Assembly: GCA_049609665.1 (NCBI GenBank)
Contig: JBMYYT010000001.1
Location: 1 to 43,661, forward strand
Source of the DNA: Flavobacteriales bacterium
GTDB lineage: Bacteria; Bacteroidota; Bacteroidia; Flavobacteriales_D; CAJJDF01
Direction: 5' to 3'
Length of the DNA stretch: 43,661 nucleotides
Below are positions 33,501-40,149 of this stretch, one piece after another; within the stretch, counting starts at the first letter, position 1; the number at the start of each line of letters is the position of its first letter. The notes beneath the pieces are model-generated. The model was not told where the DNA came from. It saw only the letters and a list, made by a program, of their open reading frames with translations, and made no database searches. A program made the position numbers and the translations under genes.

Positions 33501-33990
33501 CAGATAATTGAAGATTAAAATTAGAATTAACACCAAGATTTTGAGCATTACCGACAGAAATTCCTCTGGATATGCTACCTGATTTATTTAGATTGTCGAG
33601 CCCAAATAAATCCAATTCTTGTTTTTGATTTCCACTGCTTTTGAACGGATTAGAATAATTAATTTCGGGTTGAATTAATGCAGTATCCTTGTTGGAATAT
33701 ACTTTAGAAAAATCAATGGAAAACAAAAGATACTCGACTTGTAAATTTACGGGTAATTCTCCTTTCCATTCAAGGGTTGAAGATGAGTAGTTAAGGGTGA
33801 ATAAAGAGTCGGAAACAGCAGTTTTCCCAATAAAAATTTTAAAAGAATTGGGAACAATGGATAAGCTATCCAATTGATAAAAACTGGAATCCAATACGAT
33901 GTTTTTGGTTACTTTCTGACTCCAAGCATTAGCACTTACAATCAAGACCAAAGTTAACACCCAATATTTCTTGGAAAAACTCACTTCCAA
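30562..33990 (-). CDS. large predicted outer-membrane beta-barrel protein, function unknown
   Basis: 1142 aa. Signal peptide 'LVLIVSANAWS|QK', long stretches of alternating-polarity beta-strand-like sequence rich in N/S/Y/F, and a C-terminal '...VEIRAFF' aromatic terminus typical of Bam substrates. Confidence 0.6.
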   Translation of the reverse strand: MEVSFSKKYWVLTLVLIVSANAWSQKVTKNIVLDSSFYQLDSLSIVPNSFKIFIGKTAVSDSLFTLNYSSSTLEWKGELPVNLQVEYLLFSIDFSKVYSNKDTALIQPEINYSNPFKSSGNQKQELDLFGLDNLNKSGSISRGISVGNAQNLGVNSNFNLQLSGKIGGNIEVLASVTDDNVPIQPDGNTQQLQDFDNVFIQLSENRWKLIAGDYVKESMESHYLRYRKKNQGLFYSNQFELGDSSTIGAEAGAAVSRGKYRIQFFQGIESNQGPYKLTGVDNELFVLILSGTEQVFVDGILLKRGAENDYIIDYNTAEITFTPKFLITKNKRIEVQFQYSDRNYLRTMLHSEVKFKTKKSTSFIRFFSEQDHKNQPLFQDLTDPEIALMNSIGNDISRAIIERENTVDEEENVVSYLKKDSLGYTIYQFSTSADTTLYRLQFSDLGQGNGNYIQEGFSPFGKVYKWIKPDTVGGQIIKNGNYEPVVLIITPKRKQLLTLENLFQATENLTIKTDVGLSNNDLNTFSSQGNSNNYGIGTKLELIHNKKIHSNHLTTGGSVDFTSVNFNPIEKFRAIEFNRNWNLPYQDITTPLLLGNLSLGLKNDSLGEFNYQLDVLDLGETFRGFKNNLGVKIDKKKVKANYSGSLLNSISEINTNFYRHKTLIEYDLGLISIGYQDELENNLFVKNDSLLNSSYSFYDGRLFLKNTKNDSRFFSLYYGYRNEKKSIANSLTQSAYSNEAGLDYGINSKNKRTRLKGNIAYRNLVPTDSVSSSTPENTFLNQTNFSTSFWKQLVSLNTFYSVGSGLEQKREFVYVEVNPGQGVFTWIDYNKNGSKEINEFEIAAFQDQANYIRVFTQSNEYVRTYSNQFSQSVSINPRTLLKDKKERFWKFVSKISSVSAYRIDRKTTQESVETSLNPFANNLKDSSLVSLNKQILSSLFFNRTGYKYGVELKFQNNSNKLLLSNGFNTRDRTSFGVNLRYQFKKILVKWENEQGQKSLESDFLTSRNFNINYIKTSPVITFQKDNNFNWDFKYSYQEKRNQTEGEFASISTLGTAIKYTIVNKLNLGAEFNFVAIGFVGADNSSLEYEMLEGLKRGNNLTWELILNKRIAKNLDLSLNYTGRKPENIKTIHAGTVEIRAFF

Positions 33991-34122
33991 ACTTACGATT
34001 TAACTCGAAATTTGTTGTTTAAACAGCCGACAAAAGAAGCTTTTTATCAAAAGTAAATCGTTATAAACAACCGTTTTTCAATAACACTTAAAATAAAAAG
34101 TAAACTCAAACGTAACTTTAAG

Positions 34123-34130
34123 TAAGTTTG
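34123..34130 (+). promoter_or_regulatory. candidate Bacteroidetes -7 box (TAAGTTTG)
   Basis: Perfect match to TAnnTTTG, 32 nt upstream of ATG 34162. No clear -33 TTG partner was seen. Confidence 0.3.
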
Positions 34131-34161
34131 CCGTTATAGAGTTAACCAAAATCAGAACTGG

Positions 34162-35844
34162 ATGAGAATTTTCAATTTACTAATCATACTAATACTTTCA
34201 GGGCCATTATTTTCTCAGAAAATAACACCTTATAAATTGGAATCAAATTACTATGACGCCAAAAAAACTAAACTCCGAAGTAAGGGATATGTGAATAACA
34301 ATCCTTACCTCAGTTATTTTGGTGCCAAAGAAGGAGAATGGAAGTTCTATCATGAAAATGGGAATCTGCAAGAGTTATCCTATTTCAACCAAGGTAAGTA
34401 TGTAAATGAATCTTTACAATATTATCCTTCTGGGAAAATCATGATTAGAGGTTTTTTCTATTTAGGTGTTAAAGACAGTGCTTACACGTCATATTTTGAA
34501 AACGGAAGAATTGCTGAACATGGATTTTATAATAAAGGAGGCAAAATAGGAAAATGGGAATATTGGTATGTGGACAGCACTCTTAGAAAAATTTCAGTTT
34601 ATGATAGTAATGGAATAGAAAAAGTAGGTTCTTTTTGGAATAAAAAGAAAAAGAAAACTGTGAGTAATGGAAACGGAGAGCTAACAACTTACTTTAATAG
34701 TGGAAATATAGAAACCCAATATTCTTACAAAGACAGTTTGTTGCATGGGGATTTTAAAATTTTAAAAGCTAATCAAAAACCCTCTTTAATAGGTAGTTAT
34801 AAAAATGGAAAGAGAGAAGGAGAATGGAAATCATATTTTCTGATTGCAAACCAGCTTAAATCAGTTAAGAGCTTTAAAGGAGATAGCTTAGAAGGAGAAT
34901 ACACGCTTTACTTTAATAATGGCAAAAAGAATATTTCAGGATTTTTTGAAAACAACAAGAAACAAGGCGATTGGAAATGGTGGGATAGAAACGGAGGAAA
35001 AGACATGGAAGGCCAGTTTATCAATGATCTTCAATCAGGTATTTGGACGAGTTATTACCCATCAGGAAAAGTAAAATCTAAAGGAAATTATGTAGAAGGA
35101 AAAAAGCATGGGAAATGGGAGTTTTTCTATAAAAATGGCAGAAAATTTAAGGAAGGGACTTATAAGAAAAACAAAAAAGATGGAGAATGGAAAGTGTGGT
35201 TTGAAAATAAAAAACTATCTCACAAAGGAAATTTCAGCAATGGAAAAGAAAACGGATTTTGGGAATCTTGGTACGAATCTGGAGTTAAAAAAGACGAGGG
35301 AACCTACAAAAACGGTTTTTTTGAGGGCGATTGGAAAGGATGGTATCCTAATAAAGCATTAAGATATGAAGGCACTTGGAAAGACAATTACAAAACAGGA
35401 ATGTGGAGTCATTGGCATTCAAATGGAATATTGAGTGAAAAAGGCAAACACAAAATAATTATTGAGAAGAGAAAAAAACTCAAAATACAAAAAACCATTA
35501 CCAAGAGTGTAAAACACGGCAAATGGGAAATGCGTAGCAAAAATGACGGTTCTCTTGTGAGCAAGGAACAATACAAGAATGGGAAAAAGCACGGTAAATG
35601 GACTTATTATTATCCAGGAGGAGTATTGGTTTCATCACAAATGAAATACAAAAATGGATTATTACACGGCACATATAAAACCTATGACAGAAGCGGAAGG
35701 TTAATGAAAGAAGTGAATTATAAGAAAAATGTAAAACATGGAGTTAGAATTGTTTATGATGAAAAAGGCAATGTAATTAGCAAGACCAAATGGAAACATG
35801 GGAATAGGATAAACAAGGGTACCAAAGGATATTCTCCTATTTAA
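34162..35844 (+). CDS. secreted MORN-variant (YwqK-like) repeat protein
   Basis: 560 aa. Signal peptide 'LSGPLFS|QK'. About 20 tandem units of roughly 23 aa, of the type 'G(E/K)W(K/E)x(Y/W)(Y/F)xNGxxxxxGxYxxGKKxG'. Confidence 0.8.
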   Translation: MRIFNLLIILILSGPLFSQKITPYKLESNYYDAKKTKLRSKGYVNNNPYLSYFGAKEGEWKFYHENGNLQELSYFNQGKYVNESLQYYPSGKIMIRGFFYLGVKDSAYTSYFENGRIAEHGFYNKGGKIGKWEYWYVDSTLRKISVYDSNGIEKVGSFWNKKKKKTVSNGNGELTTYFNSGNIETQYSYKDSLLHGDFKILKANQKPSLIGSYKNGKREGEWKSYFLIANQLKSVKSFKGDSLEGEYTLYFNNGKKNISGFFENNKKQGDWKWWDRNGGKDMEGQFINDLQSGIWTSYYPSGKVKSKGNYVEGKKHGKWEFFYKNGRKFKEGTYKKNKKDGEWKVWFENKKLSHKGNFSNGKENGFWESWYESGVKKDEGTYKNGFFEGDWKGWYPNKALRYEGTWKDNYKTGMWSHWHSNGILSEKGKHKIIIEKRKKLKIQKTITKSVKHGKWEMRSKNDGSLVSKEQYKNGKKHGKWTYYYPGGVLVSSQMKYKNGLLHGTYKTYDRSGRLMKEVNYKKNVKHGVRIVYDEKGNVISKTKWKHGNRINKGTKGYSPI

Positions 35845-35909
35845 TATTCTCTTATTCTTGGTTAGATTACAAAAATTAGTTTTATTGTAGGAAACAATAC
35901 TGATTTAAC

Positions 35910-37502
35910 ATGCCAATTCAAATAGAAAAAGACGAGAGAGAACCCTCAAGAGATCAAAACCCTGGATCAAACCGAAACACAGGCGGAATAGGAGGAAAAT
36001 GCTTATTAGCTTTAGCTCCAATTTTATTTAAACTGTTTGGTAAAAAACCAAAACTTTTAATAATCATTGCGGTTATTGGAGCACTTCTTTATTTTTCTGG
36101 AGGATTGGATAGCTTCCTTGGTGGAGGAGATTCAAATCCAGTTGTAGTAGCTCCGGACATGAATTCCAACCAAAAAGATTATGGGTTGGGAAGTAAGTAT
36201 GATGAGGAGAAATACGTAAACACGGATATATTTGCATCTTTAGCAAATAACAAAAAGAACCCCCTACCAGATAGAGTTTCATTGTTGAAATACGCACCGA
36301 AAAGATTGAACCAAGGACAGCAAGGTTCGTGTGTAGGTTGGGCGAGTTCTTATGCAGCAAGAACAATATTGGAATCCCGAGCAACTGGCAAAAATCCAAA
36401 TAACGTTGCAATGAGTCCTTCTTTTTTATACAATCAAATTGCACTCCCAAATTGTCAAGGAACTTATATTAGTGAAGCAATGAAATCACTTTCAAGTGTG
36501 GGAGATTTACCATTTTCGAAGTTTAAATACAACGAACAATCATGTGCCAGAAAACCAGATAATTATCAGAGAAATGAAGCCTCTACCTACAAAATAAAAG
36601 GGTATAACCGATTAACAAAAAACGGGAATAAGCATAAAACAGATTTACTTGCTATCAAGCAAAACTTAGCTCAAGGAGCTCCTGTTGTTATTGGAATGAT
36701 GGTAGGAGGAAGTTTTATGCAAGGCATGCAGGGAAGAGAGGTTTGGCGACCAACCAACCAGGACAGATCACAGAGAGGATTTGGAGGACATGCAATGTGC
36801 GTGATTGGCTATGACGATTACAAAGCTGGCGGTTCTTTTCAAATTATGAATAGCTGGGGACCTTCTTGGGGAAAGAACGGAGTAGGATGGGTTACTTATA
36901 AGGATTTTGATTATTTCACTAAAGAAGCTTACGGATTATATCCAATGGGAAATGCAAATGATAAAAAGTTTGACCCGAACCGTTTAGTAATGAAATTTGG
37001 ATTAGTTGCAAAAGAAACTGGACGTAATATTCCATTCAAATACATTGATGGAATAACTTTCAGAGTAAAACAACCGCTTGCTGCTGGAACAAGATTTAAA
37101 TTAGAATCTACCAATTCTATTGAGTGTTACACCTATATTTTTGCTGAAGATACTGACGGAAGTAGCCGTGTACTTTTTCCATATACAGATAAGCACTCTC
37201 CATACTGCGGAATTACTGGAACTCGATTATTTCCTAACGACCATTCTCTTTTTCCAGATGAAATAGGAAACCGAGATAAAATGGCAATTATTGTTTCAAA
37301 AAAGCCATTTGATTATGACAAGATAAACACACTAATTAACTCAACGCCAGGAAATTCATTTCAAGAAAAAATCATGAATACATTTAAATCTGCAATGATT
37401 CCAAATGTAAAGTTTAACTCTTCTGGAGAAACTATTAATGTAGATTGCAATACTCAAGGGAAAGATATTTTAGCAGTTGTTTTGGAGATTGATAAGAAGT
37501 AA
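35910..37502 (+). CDS. membrane-anchored papain-like (C1 family) cysteine peptidase with DUF4384-like C-terminal domain
   Basis: 530 aa. One TM segment (LLIIIAVIGALLYFSGGL). Catalytic signatures 'QGQQGSC(141)VGWASSYA', 'GGH(294)AMCVIGYDD' and 'QIMN(314)SWGPSWGKNGVGWV'. C-terminal 'FKLESTNSIECYTYIFAEDTDGSSRVLFPY...' resembles DUF4384. Confidence 0.8.
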   Translation: MPIQIEKDEREPSRDQNPGSNRNTGGIGGKCLLALAPILFKLFGKKPKLLIIIAVIGALLYFSGGLDSFLGGGDSNPVVVAPDMNSNQKDYGLGSKYDEEKYVNTDIFASLANNKKNPLPDRVSLLKYAPKRLNQGQQGSCVGWASSYAARTILESRATGKNPNNVAMSPSFLYNQIALPNCQGTYISEAMKSLSSVGDLPFSKFKYNEQSCARKPDNYQRNEASTYKIKGYNRLTKNGNKHKTDLLAIKQNLAQGAPVVIGMMVGGSFMQGMQGREVWRPTNQDRSQRGFGGHAMCVIGYDDYKAGGSFQIMNSWGPSWGKNGVGWVTYKDFDYFTKEAYGLYPMGNANDKKFDPNRLVMKFGLVAKETGRNIPFKYIDGITFRVKQPLAAGTRFKLESTNSIECYTYIFAEDTDGSSRVLFPYTDKHSPYCGITGTRLFPNDHSLFPDEIGNRDKMAIIVSKKPFDYDKINTLINSTPGNSFQEKIMNTFKSAMIPNVKFNSSGETINVDCNTQGKDILAVVLEIDKK

Positions 37503-37560
37503 TATAAATCATATGTAATACTGTTAAAACTTTCAAATTATTTAATAAAAGGCAAATAAG

Positions 37561-37986
37561 ATGAAAACTATAAGCGTAACCTTTTTTGTGATTTTGATAA
37601 GTTTTTTCACTTTATCAGGATGTACCAACAGAAGTAAAATAAAAAAAAGTAGCAGTTCATCCTGGATAGATGGATTATGGCAAGGAACTGGTTACCAAAT
37701 TGATTTGGAAAACGATAATCAATGGTCAATATCATTGAAAATAGATTCAAAAAGAAACATTTATACAATTAACTATTTAAGTATACCATGCAGAGGGCAA
37801 TGGGAGTTAATCAGTATTTCAGATGAACAAGCTTTCTTTAAAGAAACTATCCATAAGGGTAGAAATTTATGTGTTAATAAAGGAAAGATAGTATTGTCTA
37901 AAATTGATGAAAACACCTTGATATATAGCTTCTTTAATCCAGGAGAGAAAAAAGCCAATGCGTTTTCAACCTTAATTAAAAACTAA
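37561..37986 (+). CDS. small lipoprotein, function unknown
   Basis: 141 aa. Lipobox 'FFTLSGC'. Lies 58 nt downstream of the C1 peptidase on the same strand. Predicted beta-rich. Confidence 0.6.
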   Translation: MKTISVTFFVILISFFTLSGCTNRSKIKKSSSSSWIDGLWQGTGYQIDLENDNQWSISLKIDSKRNIYTINYLSIPCRGQWELISISDEQAFFKETIHKGRNLCVNKGKIVLSKIDENTLIYSFFNPGEKKANAFSTLIKN

Positions 37987-38045
37987 TGAGAAGTATTTAT
38001 TTAATCTAAAATAAATAATGGAGGCTGATTAAAACAAAGAGTCAT

Positions 38046-39305
38046 TTGAAAAATACACTAATCCTTAACCAAACCCTTTCTTTAACTGATATTGAAAAAT
38101 TATCGACCAGTTATGAGCAAGTGGTATTTTTAAATTCCAATAACGATAACTCTATTTCCTATTTAGCCGTAGGAAAGAAAGCAGAGCTAAAAGCCAAGGA
38201 AAATCAAGTTTTTAAAGAGTTGCAAGAATTCATTAATCAACACCAAGATTGGGTTTTTGGTTATTTAGGTTATGATTTAAAAAATGAAATTGAGCCCACC
38301 CTTTTATCAAACAACTCTGATGAAGTTGGCTTTGGAGATTTCTATTTTTTTGTTCCAGAAATAGTTGTTGAATTAACTATTGATTTCACTAAAGTTCATT
38401 ATTTTGAAAATGAAGAAAAAGATCATTTCTTGTCAATTTTGGAGAAAAACAACCAAAAAACGACCAAAAAAACCAAAAAAGTAAACTTTTCTCAAAGAAT
38501 GAGCAAAGAAGAATATCTCGAAAAATTCAAGATAATTAAAGAACATATTCAACAAGGAGACATTTATGAAATGAATTTTTGTCACGAATTTTTTTCTGAA
38601 AACACCGAGATTAACTCTTTTGAAACCTACTCAAAATTAAATAATTTAACAAACGCTCCTTTTTCAACTTTTTATAAAAACGGAGAGCAATTTATTCTTT
38701 CAGGTTCTCCAGAACGGTATTTAAAGAAAGAAGGAAATAAAATAATTTCTCAGCCCATAAAAGGCACAGCCAAAAGAGGAAAAACCGAAAAAGAAGACAA
38801 GCAAATTAAATTAGAACTTTCACAAAATCAAAAAGAACGAAGTGAGAATATTATGATTGTGGATTTGGTGAGAAATGACTTGTCTAAGACTGCAAAAAAA
38901 TCTTCGGTAAAAGTCGAAGAACTATGCAAGGTCTATTCGTTTGACACGGTGCATCAAATGATTTCAACTGTTACTTCTGAAATTGACGATTCCGTTCATC
39001 CCGTTGAGGTTTTGAGAACAACATTTCCGATGGGTTCTATGACTGGAGCCCCCAAAGTGGAAGCAATGAAAATCATTGAGAAATTAGAAACTACAAAGCG
39101 GGGAGTTTATTCTGGTGCAATCGGCTATTTTAAACCCAATCAGGATTTTGATTTTAATGTAGTTATCCGAACTTTGTTGTATAATAAAGAAAATCAATAT
39201 CTGTCTTTTATGGTGGGTGGAGCAATTACGAGCAAAGCAACTGCTGAACAAGAATACGAAGAAACGTTATTAAAGGCGGAGGCCATGATATTGAGCTTGA
39301 AGTGA
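38046..39305 (+). CDS. pabB: aminodeoxychorismate synthase component I (chorismate-binding enzyme family)
   Basis: 419 aa. 'GDIYEMNFC', 'SGSPERYL', 'IKGT', 'ENIMIVDLVRNDL', 'FPMGSMTGAPK' and 'RGVYSGAIGY' are hallmark PabB/TrpE-family motifs. It starts at TTG; no in-frame ATG is available upstream. Confidence 0.8.
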   Translation: MKNTLILNQTLSLTDIEKLSTSYEQVVFLNSNNDNSISYLAVGKKAELKAKENQVFKELQEFINQHQDWVFGYLGYDLKNEIEPTLLSNNSDEVGFGDFYFFVPEIVVELTIDFTKVHYFENEEKDHFLSILEKNNQKTTKKTKKVNFSQRMSKEEYLEKFKIIKEHIQQGDIYEMNFCHEFFSENTEINSFETYSKLNNLTNAPFSTFYKNGEQFILSGSPERYLKKEGNKIISQPIKGTAKRGKTEKEDKQIKLELSQNQKERSENIMIVDLVRNDLSKTAKKSSVKVEELCKVYSFDTVHQMISTVTSEIDDSVHPVEVLRTTFPMGSMTGAPKVEAMKIIEKLETTKRGVYSGAIGYFKPNQDFDFNVVIRTLLYNKENQYLSFMVGGAITSKATAEQEYEETLLKAEAMILSLK

Positions 39306-39329
39306 GAGGTTGGAAGCATGAAGTAAAAA

Positions 39330-39355
39330 TTGACATACGACTTGTTGACATACGA
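39330..39355. repeat. short intergenic direct repeat TTGACATACGA x2
   Basis: Copies at 39330-39340 and 39345-39355, in the 179-nt pabB-trmH spacer. CTTTGTG also occurs three times, at 39399, 39409 and 39430. Confidence 0.6.
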
Positions 39356-39405
39356 TTTACGACCTTAAAGTTCCAAAAATACATTTTCAAAGAATCCACT
39401 TTGTG

Positions 39406-39413
39406 TACCTTTG
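39406..39413 (+). promoter_or_regulatory. candidate -7 box (TACCTTTG)
   Basis: Perfect TAnnTTTG match, 72 nt upstream of ATG 39485. Confidence 0.3.
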
Positions 39414-39484
39414 TGCTTTCTTCGTGAATCTTTGTGGTTAACTTTTTTCAGAGAAATCTTAAATCAAGAACATTAAATAACAAA

Positions 39485-40015
39485 ATGAATAAAAAAACTC
39501 TAAATAGCGAACTGGACCGATTATCTATCGAAGAATTTAAGTCCCAAAAAAAGACTCCAATCATAGTGATTTTGGACAATATTCGAAGCTTAAATAATAT
39601 TGGTTCTGTTTTCAGAACCAGTGATGCGTTTCGAATTGAAAAAATTTATTTGTGCGGTTACACAGCTACTCCGCCCAATAAAGATATTGCTAAAACAGCA
39701 TTGGGAGCAACTAAATCAGTGGATTGGGAGCACAGAGAAGATATAATAGAATTAATTCAAGAGTTGAGAAAAAACACCACTGAGGTGTATGCGATTGAGC
39801 AAACTTCGGATTCAATTATGTTGGATAATTTCCAGCCTAAAAAAAATGCCAAAACTGCAGTAATTTTTGGAAATGAAGTGCAAGGTGTTCAACAAGAGGC
39901 AATTGATGTGTGTAATGGAGTAATCGAAATACCTCAAATTGGAACAAAACACTCGCTTAATATCTCCGTTTCAAACGGGGTTGTGCTTTGGGATTTGTTT
40001 TCTAAACTCAAATAG
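39485..40015 (+). CDS. SpoU/TrmH-family RNA 2'-O-methyltransferase
   Basis: The track ORF begins at GTG 39434. I prefer ATG 39485 (MNKKTLNS...), giving 176 aa. SPOUT motifs 'NIGSVFRTSDAF', 'VIFGNEVQGV' and 'IPQIGTKHSLNISVSNGVVLW'. Confidence 0.82.
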   Translation: MNKKTLNSELDRLSIEEFKSQKKTPIIVILDNIRSLNNIGSVFRTSDAFRIEKIYLCGYTATPPNKDIAKTALGATKSVDWEHREDIIELIQELRKNTTEVYAIEQTSDSIMLDNFQPKKNAKTAVIFGNEVQGVQQEAIDVCNGVIEIPQIGTKHSLNISVSNGVVLWDLFSKLK

Positions 40016-40149
40016 AGTTACAAAATCACCCAATTCTTTTTCTCAAATCAAAAGAATCTAAATTATTAAATTCAATGATTTCAATAAACTAAGTGATACT
40101 TCGTTCTAAACGGATAGACTTCTTTTACTTTTTTCACAAAAGACTAAAA

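Noticed and set aside
34162-35844. Treating the MORN/YwqK-like proteins as antitoxins of a toxin-antitoxin or polymorphic-toxin module.
   Set aside because: Both proteins have cleavable signal peptides and are 560-768 aa long. No toxin-like gene (deaminase, nuclease, ART) is adjacent. The 'antitoxin' label of the repeat family does not transfer to these architectures.
37994-38017. AT-only hairpins as intrinsic terminators: TATTTATT-N8-AATAAATA at 37994-38017 and ATTCTTTT-N9-AAAAGAAT at 40033-40057.
   Set aside because: The stems contain no or almost no G:C pairs, so they would be thermodynamically marginal. Such dyads occur by chance in AT-rich spacers.
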